A stretch of 52,253 nt of DNA from Dehalococcoidia bacterium (GCA_049516035.1 JBEKTM010000002.1:1-52253), one strand, 5' to 3'; numbered from the stretch's first letter, positions 9,891-20,208 are shown. Notes: generated by a model from the sequence alone, not told the origin. Numbers and translations: made by a program.

Positions 9891-10041
9891 CGGAGGGGTA
9901 TAGAGACTTTAGAAATGACAAATGACAAAACTCAAATGCCAAATAGAGTTCAAAGCCCCAATGACAAAGAGAAGTGGTTTTGGCATTTAAGCATTTAGAT
10001 TTTGTTTGACATTTGGACTTTGAAATTTGGATTTGTTTGAG

Positions 10042-10887
10042 ATGATGAAGATGAAAAAGCTAAGGAAAGGTGAGAAGGGTTTAACTCTACTTGAGCTGAT
10101 AATAGCTATCGCTATTACCAGTCTTATCACCGGCGGCATTGCCATGATCGTTTACCAGATTTATACCGGCAGTACCCGTAGCGCTAACCATATGGTCGCT
10201 GTCAGGGAGGTGCAAGACACGGGCTATTGGCTTAGCGAATATGCTTACTCGGCTCAAAACGCGACAATAACCGGAGTTTCAGGCTTCCCCCTTATCCTGC
10301 AGTGGGTCAATTTTGACCCGAGTGGAAAGCATAAAATTGTGTTTAACCTGGATAGCTCTGGTCTCAGGGGGAGTTATTATGTCGCTGTCAGCGATGACTC
10401 TTTTAGCCTTGATTCAGTGAGAACTGGTAAGATTCCTGTGTTTGAGTTTATTAACTCTACTAAAACTAATTGTCAGGTTAGTGGTGGCAGTGACTTTAGC
10501 TTGCCTGTTAGCGGTAATAAATTCGTGATTACCCGTGGGGCGACAAATGATAGCGGCAGAATAACTACTGCTCCCAGTGGAGACATCTCCAAGATCTTGG
10601 TCAACGCCACGGCCGGCGCTACTGCTACCTACGACTCTGCTACAAAGGCGTGGACCTGGAACACAACCGCCGCCGGGGGCACTATTACAGTTACTGCCAC
10701 TAGCGCCGTAAAAGGCAGCTGGACATCCGAAACCAAGGCTGCCACTGCTGCCATAACGCAGGGCACGGGTGCTACCCTCAGTAGCGCCAGGGGCCTTGTT
10801 TTCAACGTAACCGCCATAGTGGGCGCCGGTGGTAATGCAGCAAGTGAGACCAGGATATATAAAGCTGTGCCTAAATCAGTTTCATAG
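10042..10887 (+). CDS. Minor type IV pilin, Thr/Ala/Gly-rich C-terminus
   Basis: 'KGEKG|LTLLELIIAIAI'; exact start uncertain (ATGs at 10042-10051). Confidence 0.88.
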   Translation: MMKMKKLRKGEKGLTLLELIIAIAITSLITGGIAMIVYQIYTGSTRSANHMVAVREVQDTGYWLSEYAYSAQNATITGVSGFPLILQWVNFDPSGKHKIVFNLDSSGLRGSYYVAVSDDSFSLDSVRTGKIPVFEFINSTKTNCQVSGGSDFSLPVSGNKFVITRGATNDSGRITTAPSGDISKILVNATAGATATYDSATKAWTWNTTAAGGTITVTATSAVKGSWTSETKAATAAITQGTGATLSSARGLVFNVTAIVGAGGNAASETRIYKAVPKSVS

Positions 10888-11102
10888 TGACAGACATTAG
10901 TCTTAAGCACTAAATCCCAATCCCTGAGGGGAAAATCTCAAATCCTAAGCACCAAATCCCAAACAATATCAAAGCACCAAATATCAATGTTCAAAACGTT
11001 TAGAATTTTCGTTTTTGACATTTGGATTTCACTTGTCATTTGGACTTTAGCCACGGAGACAGATAGAAATGCTATAATTATCGTTGCCAATGGAGGTGGA
11101 AA

Positions 11103-11306
11103 ATGGCAAAGATAGTCTCGATATCTGAAGATAGCATTATAGCGATGCTTAAAGGATTACCTGAAAATACTCTGATGGACATATTTTCCAAAATGCTAAT
11201 CCGAAGTGATACCTCTCCTTTAACTGATGAAGAAGACACATCGTATAGGGAAGCTCTAAAAGAGCATGAGAAAGGTGAGATTATCAATTGGGAAGATTTG
11301 AAATAA
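11103..11306 (+). CDS. Putative antitoxin, partner of RelE
   Basis: 67 aa acidic, 'PLTDEE...GEIINWEDLK' C-terminus, overlaps toxin. Confidence 0.75.
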   Translation: MAKIVSISEDSIIAMLKGLPENTLMDIFSKMLIRSDTSPLTDEEDTSYREALKEHEKGEIINWEDLK

Positions 11307-11542
11307 AGTTTTCTAGAAAAGCAGCCAAGCAGTATAAAAAGCTACCAAAGGAATACAAGAACTTAGTTGATATTGTTCTTTTTAGACTATCTGGAGGTTT
11401 AGAGCTAGATTTAAAGCCTGTAGAAGGTGAAAAGGATGTTTACAGGATCAGGGTTGGTAGGTATAGGGTGCTATTTATAAGGTTTAATAAAACTGTGCTG
11501 GTGTTCCGGATATCTCCAAGGGGAGATGTGTACAAAGGGTAA
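11288..11542 (+). CDS. RelE/ParE-family toxin
   Basis: 'KPVEGEKDVYRIRVGRYRVLF...ISPRGDVYK'. Confidence 0.88.
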   Translation: MGRFEIKFSRKAAKQYKKLPKEYKNLVDIVLFRLSGGLELDLKPVEGEKDVYRIRVGRYRVLFIRFNKTVLVFRISPRGDVYKG

Positions 11543-11586
11543 TTTGCAGAAATAATGTAAAAGTCCTTGCGAGGTTGGTCACCTCC

Positions 11587-11966
11587 TGTCATTACGACAA
11601 GCCTTCCCCCTTTGTCATTTGGATTTTGACATTTGGAATTTAACTGATGGGCTTGGCGCGCTTCACTCGCAATGACACTTCCCTATTGTCATTGCGAGGC
11701 GCCTTCTTCCTTTGTCATTGCGAGGATTTCTTTCCCCCTGTCATTGCGAGGGGCGAAAGCCCCGAAGCAATCTCGTAAAGGAAAATCCTAAATCCCAAGT
11801 ACCAAATCACAAACAATATCAAAGCCCAAAATACATAGTTAACTGCAAAAGTCCTTATAATTCTCTCCCCTGGCGGGAGAGAGTTAGAGAGGGGGATTTG
11901 ACCCTCAGCTTGGCCTCGCCCTGACCCTCGCCATCGAGCATCGCGGGAGCTCCCGTCGGGAAAGAG
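11587..11966. repeat. Cluster of family A fragments plus a CTCTCCC...GGGAGAG-type palindrome
   Basis: TGTCATTGCGAG at 11687, 11713 and 11739; TCTCTCCCCTGGCGGGAGAGA at about 11862. Confidence 0.7.
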
Positions 11967-11979
11967 GCGACTTATGCAG

Positions 11980-12018
11980 TTGACAGAAGCCGAACGATGG
12001 TTCATACTATGGTATGAA
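11980..12018 (+). promoter_or_regulatory. TA promoter with operator palindrome over the -10
   Basis: TTGACA-17bp-CATACT; TTCATAC-tatg-GTATGAA at 12001-12018. Confidence 0.7.
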
Positions 12019-12039
12019 TAGCTTCGGGAGATCGTTACT

Positions 12040-12297
12040 ATGCGTAAGGTTGCTAAGGTCGCGATAAGCCTACCCGAGGACGTCTTAGCCGCCGTGGAAA
12101 TGGAGCGTCAGGCCAAAGGAGAAAGCCGGAGCGAGTTCTTTCGCCGGGCCGTTGAGACACGTCTGAAACAGGAACGGGAGTCTTCCGCGATAAGAGACTA
12201 CGTGCGCGGCTACCAACAATACCCGGAGTCAGCTGAGGAGGTTGAAGCTGCTCACAGGATAGGCAGCGCCGTGCTGGCTGCGGAGCCCTGGGAGTGA
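12040..12297 (+). CDS. RHH (CopG-type) antitoxin
   Basis: 'KVAISLPEDVL...GESRSEFFRRAV'; overlaps toxin. Confidence 0.85.
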   Translation: MRKVAKVAISLPEDVLAAVEMERQAKGESRSEFFRRAVETRLKQERESSAIRDYVRGYQQYPESAEEVEAAHRIGSAVLAAEPWE

Positions 12298-12611
12298 AAC
12301 GAGGCGAGATATGGTGGGCGGAACTGGACTTGCCTGCCGGGAGACGTCCTGTGCTGCTTCTATCCCGCAATGAGGCCTATGCTGTTCGGGAACTGGTAAT
12401 GGTGGCTCCACTGACCACGCGCATCCGTGGCATCCCATCAGAGGTTTCATTAGGAGATGAGGACGGTGTGCCCCGTGCCTGTGTTGTCAATCTGGACACT
12501 ATCACCACGATTGCTAAGGCGAGTCTGCGTGAGCGATTGACCACTCTGAGTGCTGAAAAGTCGAAAGCGGTAGAGGAGGCCCTGCATTTCTCTCTCGGCC
12601 TGGAGCAGTAA
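12294..12611 (+). CDS. MazF/PemK toxin
   Basis: 'MKRGEIWWA...RRPVLLLS...VAPLTT'. Confidence 0.92.
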   Translation: MKRGEIWWAELDLPAGRRPVLLLSRNEAYAVRELVMVAPLTTRIRGIPSEVSLGDEDGVPRACVVNLDTITTIAKASLRERLTTLSAEKSKAVEEALHFSLGLEQ

Positions 12612-12631
12612 CAAGTGGGTCCTCACTCAAA

Positions 12632-12692
12632 TGTAGTGGCGGAGTTTATCTCCGCCTTCGCTCGAAAGGGCGGGGACAAGCGCCGCCCCTAC
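12632..12692. repeat. GTAG-tagged REP-like palindrome; second copy at 14489
   Basis: TGTAGTGGCGGAGTTTATCTCCGCC identical at 12632 and 14489. Confidence 0.75.
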
Positions 12693-12996
12693 GGACGGGA
12701 AATACAAGGCATGTTCTGAAGGACACTATGACCCTGTGGACTATTCTAGTAGACAGTAGACAGGAGTCAGCATTCAGTAAAAGAAAATCTAAATCCCAAA
12801 CACCAAATCCCAAACAATATCAAAGCCCAAAATCCAAAGGACTAAGCGGTTTTGCCACCTAAGCACTCTGGTTTCATCAATCTTTCCAAGAATTCCCCTC
12901 TTAAGAAAATTTACCAGAATCCCCCTCTTAAGATAAGAGAGGACAGGCAAGCACTCAGCGCCGTGAGTGCTCGCCAAAGGGGAGTTATGAACTGCA

Positions 12997-13344
12997 TCAC
13001 TGCAGGCCAACAGCCTGCCTTAGCCTTATGTCCAGTTCTTTCTGGATAGCAGGGCTGACTCTGCCGAGACGGCGAATGATTCTACTTCGCTCGATGGTCA
13101 GCAATTTTCTCATTCTGAAAGTCGAGGTTTTCTTGAGACCCGTTTTGACAAAATCAGGATTGTCTTGGTGCAGCAGATAATCAGTTTCAGATAGTTCTCC
13201 GGGAGAGACTACGGAAGAGATAAAAGCGATGATAACATCAATTCTCCGCGGGTCCACAGATATTATAACTGCTGGCCGCAACTTCTCAGTGGTCAGGTTG
13301 GTAAAGGGAAAAGGGACAAGAACAATATCTCCGCGTTCGAGCAC
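12997..13344 (-). CDS. PemK/MazF toxin
   Basis: 'RGDIVLVPFPFTNL...KLRPAVII'; start reassigned to GTG 13344. Confidence 0.88.
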   Translation of the reverse strand: MLERGDIVLVPFPFTNLTTEKLRPAVIISVDPRRIDVIIAFISSVVSPGELSETDYLLHQDNPDFVKTGLKKTSTFRMRKLLTIERSRIIRRLGRVSPAIQKELDIRLRQAVGLQ

Positions 13345-13360
13345 AGCTTCTGGCTTGCGC

Positions 13361-13579
13361 TTAGACTGCCTCTCCATCATCAGCGCTGTAAATGTCCTCA
13401 GCAGCATGGTGCAGGAAATCGTAGCTGCCACCTTGCTCTGCCACCCGGCCGATAAGAGACAAGGGCAAGTCGTCTTCGAGAACGAGGATTTCTAATGTCC
13501 GGTGTTCAGCAATATCCACTTTGCCCAGCGGCTTGAGAACCCCGTTTTCGTAGATTACATGAATCCTTTGCGGCATCAT
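13361..13579 (-). CDS. AF2212-like (DUF104) antitoxin
   Basis: 'IHVIYENGVLKPL'; start reassigned to ATG 13579. Confidence 0.82.
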   Translation of the reverse strand: MMPQRIHVIYENGVLKPLGKVDIAEHRTLEILVLEDDLPLSLIGRVAEQGGSYDFLHHAAEDIYSADDGEAV

Positions 13580-13676
13580 TATCGCCTTTATGGAAGCGTA
13601 GCAAGAACCGGGACTGAATGTCAAGGTAAAATGAGGGCGGCTCCATTTTTTATGCCCTTCGCCACACACCGCGGCG

Positions 13677-13815
13677 AGATTACTTCGTCGCCTGTGGCTC
13701 CTCGCAATGACAAGAAGGGGTGGCGCGGGCGAGCAAGGATGTAGTGCGAGGCTTCAGCCTCGTGCGGTGGGGGGGCTGGCACGACCTTAAAAGGTCGCAC
13801 TACATGAGTGTTTGA
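13677..13815. repeat. Family A half plus paired GTAG REP; inverted copy at 23821-23931
   Basis: TGTAGTGCGAGGCTTCAGCCTCGTGC...GCACGACCTTAAAAGGTCGCACTACA. Confidence 0.8.
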
Positions 13816-14021
13816 AATTTGGATTTTGTTTGCTATTTGGGCTTTGTCATTTGACATTTGTTTGACATTTGGACTTTGGTATTTGGGTTTATTGGGACCT
13901 TGGATTTCGCGCACATAAACCCTAGACGTACTTCTTAGATGATGATATATTATGAGGAAGCTGAGTAGTTTATGAAGCGAAGTAAGACACATGGTCTGAT
14001 TAGGCCAAAGGGGAGATAGAG

Positions 14022-14210
14022 ATGACAAATGTTAAAGACCTGACCATTGATGAATTGGAGTATTTAATAGAACAGAAAATCTTAGAGGTTCTCGGTGACC
14101 CCGACTCCGGGCTGGAATTGAAGGAGGAATTTAGACAAGAACTGAAAAGGCGCTTGGAAAGTTCCTCAAGCAGAATTCCACATCATGAGGTAGTGAGCAG
14201 GATTGGTTAA
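14022..14210 (+). CDS. Putative antitoxin
   Basis: 62 aa acidic, 'DPDSGLELKEEF'; overlaps RelE. Confidence 0.75.
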   Translation: MTNVKDLTIDELEYLIEQKILEVLGDPDSGLELKEEFRQELKRRLESSSSRIPHHEVVSRIG

Positions 14211-14460
14211 GATTGAGTGGACCGAGGGAGCACTGAAAGACCTTGAAGGGCTTGATAAGCCAATAGCGCGAAGAATTTTAAGAAGGCTCGATTGGGTTTC
14301 TAAGAATTTCCAGAGTATTGTGCCTGAGCCTTTAACCGGCGGACTGAAAGGAACGTTTAAGCTGCGTATAGGAGATTGGAGAGCAGTTTATACTGTGGAA
14401 GGTAAGATAGTCGTAATTCAATTTATAGGTCACAGGAGCGAAATCTATAGAATTAAGTGA
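14203..14460 (+). CDS. RelE/ParE-family toxin
   Basis: 'PLTGGLKGTFKLRIGDWRAVY...IGHRSEIY'. Confidence 0.9.
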   Translation: MVKIEWTEGALKDLEGLDKPIARRILRRLDWVSKNFQSIVPEPLTGGLKGTFKLRIGDWRAVYTVEGKIVVIQFIGHRSEIYRIK

Positions 14461-14559
14461 ATTGAAGTTCAGAATGACATAGTAAAAATGTAGTGGCGGA
14501 GTTTATCTCCGCCTTGGGTGAACGGGTGGGGACCAGCCCCGCCCGTTCAGTTTTGAACC

Positions 14560-15020
14560 AATCCTAAATCCCAAGCACCAAATCCGGGAGCTAGTAGACA
14601 GTAGTCAGAATTCAGGAGATTCCCCTACTGACTACTGGCTCCTGACTCCTGACTCCTGAGCGTCTTTGTCATTTGGATTTTGACATTTGGCATTTAGCCA
14701 AAGAGATTGCCACGCCCCGACAAGTCGGGGCTCGCAATGACAGTACTGATGGACTATTGACGCCAAAGATGGCTACGATATACTGTTACTTGATAGGGAT
14801 GTTTAAGAATGTCATTGTGGGACATCTTCTCTTCTTGTCGTTGCGAGGCCCGATTTATCGGGCCGAAGCAATCTCAGTGGGGCCTCTGAGGGTGGGGATT
14901 GCCACGCTTCCCCTTCGCTTTGCTCAGGGCTTTGGCTCACCGCAATGACACTGGTACAGTAGCGGTTTTGGATTTTGGCATTTGGAATTTGTTTGGAATT
15001 TGGAATTTGATATTTGGAGC
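14560..15020. repeat. Mosaic of heptamer tracts and family A repeats
   Basis: CTCCTGA tract near 14625-14659, family A at 14703-14742 and 14837-14951, TTTGGAATT tract. Confidence 0.75.
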
Positions 15021-15040
15021 TTATTTGATATACTGGTGAG

Positions 15041-17662
15041 GTGAGGCAAATTACTATGAAGGGATTAGTAAAGGGTCAAAAGGGACAGGCACTCGTCGTG
15101 GCTCTCATTGTCCTTGTTGTCGGCTCGCTCATCCTTACTCCTCTCCTTGGCCTTATGGGCACCGGCATTAAAAGCGGCCAGGTCTTTGAGCAAAAGGATG
15201 ATGAGACCTATGCCGCCGATGCCGGTGTTGAGGATGCCATGTGGCACATAAGGAACAACAACCCGGACGATGATAACCTCCTCCGTGAAGTACTCGGTAC
15301 AGGCTATAACCCCTATGACTATTCCTCCAGCTATTCCTATCCGTATAGGTTATTGGTAAACGGCAAAAATGTAACTGTTACTATGCAGAACATCTGGATT
15401 CCCAGTAGTATAAATATAGATGGGACAACCCCGAGCCAGCTAAACCAGACTATCTCGAATGAGAAGCTGATAATAGTCGGCTACCCCGGCAGCACGCCCT
15501 CCACATATACAATCAAAATAGTCTGGCAGGGCACGGGGACTGCATTGAAGGTAAAGACGCTAGGGGTATGGCTATGCTCCGGCTTCGAGTATGATGGGCT
15601 AGACGGAAACCAACTTCCTTCTGGCTCTCCCTCACCTAGCATAAATCTCAGTAAAGGTGGCACTGCAGTGGTCTGGAACTTTGCCTCTCAGCCTTCTCTC
15701 AGCACCTTTCCCTTTGGTGGGTCCGGCCCCCCTATGGTAAAAACCATCACCTTCAAGTACAAAGGACCGGCGGGGCAAATTCCCGAGCTTGTAGCCTCCT
15801 GGATTGATACCACAGGGGTCAGTGGCATCACTTATACCTGGGATGACAGTATCCGGCTTTACAAGATTGTATCGAAAGCCGGCGCAGTCGAGATTGATGC
15901 CTACGGTGCCAAAACCAAGTTCCGCAAACTCAAGTCTGCGGTATCAGGCGATTACTTCGGCACCGGCAACAGCCTCATCGGAGGCAACCTGAATCCTCCG
16001 ACTAATTACCATTACCAGCTTTACAGGTCCACCTCAGCCACAGTGGCAACCAATGATAATGATGATACTGCGGGCATCCCGTCGGACGCCACGATTGACG
16101 CCGCCTACCTCTACTGGACGGGCTGGATAGACTGGAACACCTATCACCCATCAGGCTCCGGAAGCCAGATTCGCTACCCGTCGGGTGATATCTCTAACAG
16201 CGGGACATGGGCCCGATACCCCTCGGGCACGAATTGGTACAGCTATGTGAACGAACAGGGTGCGCATGATGGCGATACCCGTTACTTGCTGCATGGCACA
16301 ACGGCTGGTTATATGCTGTTTAGCTTCGCGCCTTTCACCGTCAACGTGCCAACTGACATGGAAATAGGAGGCCTGACGGTATCTCTGGTGGCAAGGGACA
16401 ATACCTCCGGGGCCAACACTATGCGACCGTGGATCAGGGTAGGTGGTTCCAGCTACTATGGCGATTACACTGAAGTGCCGACTAGCTATGGCACCATCAG
16501 CTATACCTGGACAGAGAACCCCAGAACAAGTCAGCCGTGGACGAAAGACCAGATAAACGGCATCGGGTCTAATCATTTGGAGAGTTTCGGAGTTACTTCT
16601 GACGATGCCTCTCCGCAAATCAGGCTGACTCAAGTCTATGCCACAGTAGATTGGGGTGCCTCTTTAAAGTATCCGGCTGATCCTACGCAGGAAGCCCTGC
16701 AGGTTCTGGTTGAGAACACGGCTCGCGTCAACAGAGTATATTTCAAAGGTGGCAGCAGCGCTGACACCCTCGTCACGACGCACGACTGGCAGACTCTGTA
16801 CCCCGACGCGTTCAAGGACGACAGTTCACCATACCAATGGACATGGTACTACACGTGCAAGGCTGATGTTACCGACCTGCTGAAGGGGTGGATAGGCAAC
16901 GGCACCATTGGCTCCAACGGCGCCGGCACCTATACCCTCAGCCATGTGGCGGCGCCTAATGAGGCAAGCCCGGGCTATTCATTCAGCTTTGCGAGTGGTG
17001 GTGGCTCCACCGGCTACCCTCTGGGCACTCCTTCACCCAGTTCAATACCGAACCCGCCAGGCGACTACGTACGGTACAGCGCCGCACATGCCGGCTGGTC
17101 GCTCCTAATCCTCTACTCCTGCGCTTCGGTGTACAATCACCAGTATTATCTCTATGATATCGACACTCCGGGCTTTACTTTCTTCTGCGGCTGGAGTGGG
17201 CATGAGGGGAGCACTGTGGATCCCGATTGGGATAATGACGGCAGCGCCGGCGGTACCGTCAGCGGCTTTCTGGTGCCGGCCCAATCCCCGGGCGAAACGA
17301 ATGCTGCGCGAATCACCGTTATGGTGGGTGAGGGGGACAAATCCGAGGATAACGCCGACCAAACTAAGGACCGCTTCAAAGTGAAGAGCCCCACGGGCGC
17401 CCTGACAGCGCTACCCGACGGCACAATATACCCTGATGTCTGGAATGGCAACTCACGCCAAGGCTTGTCGGTGGACGGCATAGATATAGACCACTTCTAT
17501 ATCACCTGGGCTAGCGGCATCTTGAAGCCATTCGATGTCTCGCTTGAGGTACACGTTCCCACTAACACCGATTTGTTTACCATGTCATATATGCTTCTCC
17601 AGTTTCGCAGCGAGCTGGGGCCTGGTGGTGTCATAACAAATTACGCGATAAGGATTGGCTGA
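15041..17662 (+). CDS. Large PilX-type pilin/adhesin (873 aa)
   Basis: 'KGQKG|QALVVALIVLVVG' without E5, 'YAADAGVEDA', long beta-rich body with 'AYLYWTG', 'GWSL', 'GEGD', 'GIDID'. Confidence 0.8.
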   Translation: MRQITMKGLVKGQKGQALVVALIVLVVGSLILTPLLGLMGTGIKSGQVFEQKDDETYAADAGVEDAMWHIRNNNPDDDNLLREVLGTGYNPYDYSSSYSYPYRLLVNGKNVTVTMQNIWIPSSINIDGTTPSQLNQTISNEKLIIVGYPGSTPSTYTIKIVWQGTGTALKVKTLGVWLCSGFEYDGLDGNQLPSGSPSPSINLSKGGTAVVWNFASQPSLSTFPFGGSGPPMVKTITFKYKGPAGQIPELVASWIDTTGVSGITYTWDDSIRLYKIVSKAGAVEIDAYGAKTKFRKLKSAVSGDYFGTGNSLIGGNLNPPTNYHYQLYRSTSATVATNDNDDTAGIPSDATIDAAYLYWTGWIDWNTYHPSGSGSQIRYPSGDISNSGTWARYPSGTNWYSYVNEQGAHDGDTRYLLHGTTAGYMLFSFAPFTVNVPTDMEIGGLTVSLVARDNTSGANTMRPWIRVGGSSYYGDYTEVPTSYGTISYTWTENPRTSQPWTKDQINGIGSNHLESFGVTSDDASPQIRLTQVYATVDWGASLKYPADPTQEALQVLVENTARVNRVYFKGGSSADTLVTTHDWQTLYPDAFKDDSSPYQWTWYYTCKADVTDLLKGWIGNGTIGSNGAGTYTLSHVAAPNEASPGYSFSFASGGGSTGYPLGTPSPSSIPNPPGDYVRYSAAHAGWSLLILYSCASVYNHQYYLYDIDTPGFTFFCGWSGHEGSTVDPDWDNDGSAGGTVSGFLVPAQSPGETNAARITVMVGEGDKSEDNADQTKDRFKVKSPTGALTALPDGTIYPDVWNGNSRQGLSVDGIDIDHFYITWASGILKPFDVSLEVHVPTNTDLFTMSYMLLQFRSELGPGGVITNYAIRIG

Positions 17663-17772
17663 TGAAGGATAAGAGTCCGAGATGATTCTTTAATATGAAC
17701 ACATCGGCGCTGCTCGCATCCAATAAGCAAATTCCCGTTGCTATCTATGTGGTCAACAGACATAACCTCTGC

Positions 17773-18028
17773 TCTAGGTCAGATAGATGGGTGACACTCT
17801 GTATGTTTGTACCGTTGGGTAATAACCTCTCACGTCATTGCGAGCCCCGACTTGTCGGGGCGTGGCAATCTCTATCCCCAGCAACCCCACGAGATTGCTT
17901 CGTCACTTTCGTTCCTCGCAATGACAAGAAGGGGAGGCCCGCCGAGATTGCGGAGCCTGTTCCGAGCTCCGACTTGTCGGGGCGAGGAATCTCGTTCCTC
18001 GCAAAGACACAAAGAAGATGTCACTAAT
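17773..18028 (+). repeat. Composite MITE-like element, copy 1 of 3
   Basis: TCTAGGTCAGATAGATGGGTGACAC...family A core...GATGTCACTAA, similar to 26793-26985 and 38062-38254. Confidence 0.7.
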
Positions 18029-18096
18029 CATATGAACGAGTACAACCTCTAGACAAGCTTTTTAGATGATGATATATTAGGGAAGCTGAGTAGGTT

Positions 18097-18681
18097 ATGA
18101 GAATTAACATAAATAAGAAAATCTGGTTGATTATAGGAATCGTCATTTTCGTTGCTGCTTTGGTCTTCCTGGTTAGAATCTACACCCAGCAAGTTCAAGA
18201 GCAGGAGCAGCTGAGAACTAACCTGGCGACGCAGCAAGCTCTCTTGCGCACGCTGACTGTTACGGAGAACGACACGCAAAACAGACTGAACCAAGCCGAA
18301 TCATTGCTTGACGCGAGCCGGGCAAAATTCCCTCAATCGGTGGAGAGCATTGAATACGGTGAGGACTTCTTTAAGACTGCTTATGGTCAGAACTTGTATG
18401 CGATGGCTGGTGGGTGTGGGGTGAACTTAACCGGCCTGACCATACCACCGCCGACTGATAAAGCCGTCGGGGCCGTTACCTATTCTGTTTCCTCAGTCGA
18501 GGTAACTGTCAGTGGTGCCATTGATGACATATATAAGTTTATCGATGCCATAGGAACTGGTATTGATTATAAGCTACCGTGGAGCTTTCAGCGACCCTGG
18601 AGCGTTGATGTGACGAGCGTAAACATAGGTGTTGGTGGCTCCACTACCATCAAGCTGGATATTTATGCCTATAAAGGTTAA
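18097..18681 (+). CDS. PilO-like alignment protein
   Basis: N-terminal TM, coiled coil, 'VEVTVSGAIDDIYKFI'; lies upstream of PilM-N. Confidence 0.7.
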   Translation: MRININKKIWLIIGIVIFVAALVFLVRIYTQQVQEQEQLRTNLATQQALLRTLTVTENDTQNRLNQAESLLDASRAKFPQSVESIEYGEDFFKTAYGQNLYAMAGGCGVNLTGLTIPPPTDKAVGAVTYSVSSVEVTVSGAIDDIYKFIDAIGTGIDYKLPWSFQRPWSVDVTSVNIGVGGSTTIKLDIYAYKG

Positions 18682-18687
18682 ATAAGC

Positions 18688-20163
18688 ATGGCAAAAATAA
18701 GAATGCCAAAAATAAGCATAGCCAAAATAAGCATGGCAAAAAAAGTTGTCACCTTATTTATCAGAGATACCGGCATTACCTTGCTGGTCATGAAGGGCAA
18801 ACAAATAGAAAAGTGGGCTAGTTTACCACTGGAGCCGGGCTTGGTCAGCCAGGGGCTCATTGTAGATGAGGCTCAGGTGGCTGACAAGGTTAAACAGCTA
18901 TTTAAAGAGACGGGAGCACAGACGCAAAAGGTCATCGTTGCTGTGGGCGGACATGATTCTCTGTATCGCATCATAACCCTGCCCGAATTGCCTGAAGCTG
19001 TACTTCCTGAGGCGGTAAAGCGTGAGGCCAAGAGAACGATACCAACGCCTCTGGAAGAGGTTTACCTTTCATACCAGAAACTTCCCTCCCCAACAAAGGG
19101 AGAATGTCGTATTTTCCTGGCCACTTTCCCCCGTAATCCGGTTGATGTCCTGGTCAGAACGCTGCATCAGGCTGGCGTTAGTCCATATATTATGGACTTG
19201 GCTCCTTTAGCCCTGTGCCGAATCCCAAATGAGTTCCGAGCAATCATTGTAAATGCCCGGTTAGAGCACCTGGACGTTATGGTCCTGGCAGACAGGCTGC
19301 CCCAGGTCATCCGCAGGTTAACACTGCCCGGCGAGATTGAATCCCTGGAGGAAAGGCTGCCACTTATCGCTGAAGAGTTCAAGAGGACTGTGGCCTTCTA
19401 CAATTCCAGCCATATTGAAAAGCCTTTGGATGAAACTGTACCCGTGTTTGTCTGCGGCGACCTGGTAGAAGCGCCGGAGGCCTGGCCCTCGGTGGTTAGC
19501 CAGGCAGGCTATTCAGTGTCACCGTTGCCCTCACCTGTGGAACTCCCCGAGGGCTTGAACGCCAACGAATTCATGGTCAATATCGGACTGGCTCTCAAGG
19601 AACTACTGCCGGAAAAGGCAGAAGCTAACTCTTCATTAGTGAATTTTAATGCCCTGCCCGAGGTCTATGTGCCCCCGGGTTTCTCTATGGCGCGAGTCTT
19701 CGTGCCCGTTGGTATTGCCATTGGCATTGGTCTGATTATCTTTGGCGTAGTTTTTGTCCAGCATAACCGCGCTTATACCGCGGATTTGCGTTCCCAATTG
19801 GAATCTATTCAGAGCAGTGTTACCCAAAAGCAGACTGAGGTAGCGACATTGAATGCACAGGTTGGGTCGGTAGAGGCCGTCGCCGATGAGCTTGATAGCA
19901 GAATTACCGCTATGGAACAGGGGCGGGCGAACATTTATCTGGATTTATACGAGATTAAAACCTTAAAGCCGGAAGACCTGCAGTTGAGCTCTATTAATGA
20001 TGGCGGCAGCTCAATAACTGTGACCGGGACGGCTCCGAATGTGGGACTCATTTACAGTTATGCCAGAGCTTTGAAGGGCAGCCCTAGATTCTCGAGTGTT
20101 TGGGTCTCCCCTGTCAGCGACAGTGGCACGTCGTTCACTATCCAGTTTGCCGTAGCAAGATAG
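18688..20163 (+). CDS. PilM-PilN fusion protein
   Basis: Actin-like PilM region, then 'VNFNALP', a TM helix, coiled coil and 'ITVTGTA...YARALK.SP.F'. Confidence 0.82.
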   Translation: MAKIRMPKISIAKISMAKKVVTLFIRDTGITLLVMKGKQIEKWASLPLEPGLVSQGLIVDEAQVADKVKQLFKETGAQTQKVIVAVGGHDSLYRIITLPELPEAVLPEAVKREAKRTIPTPLEEVYLSYQKLPSPTKGECRIFLATFPRNPVDVLVRTLHQAGVSPYIMDLAPLALCRIPNEFRAIIVNARLEHLDVMVLADRLPQVIRRLTLPGEIESLEERLPLIAEEFKRTVAFYNSSHIEKPLDETVPVFVCGDLVEAPEAWPSVVSQAGYSVSPLPSPVELPEGLNANEFMVNIGLALKELLPEKAEANSSLVNFNALPEVYVPPGFSMARVFVPVGIAIGIGLIIFGVVFVQHNRAYTADLRSQLESIQSSVTQKQTEVATLNAQVGSVEAVADELDSRITAMEQGRANIYLDLYEIKTLKPEDLQLSSINDGGSSITVTGTAPNVGLIYSYARALKGSPRFSSVWVSPVSDSGTSFTIQFAVAR

Positions 20164-20208
20164 AGTTATTCATAGGATTCTGAATTCCAAACACCAGATT
20201 CCAAAACT

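Noticed and set aside
10888-15040. Classical integron cassette array
   Set aside because: No IntI and no consistent RYYYAAC...GTTRRRY attC boundaries seen
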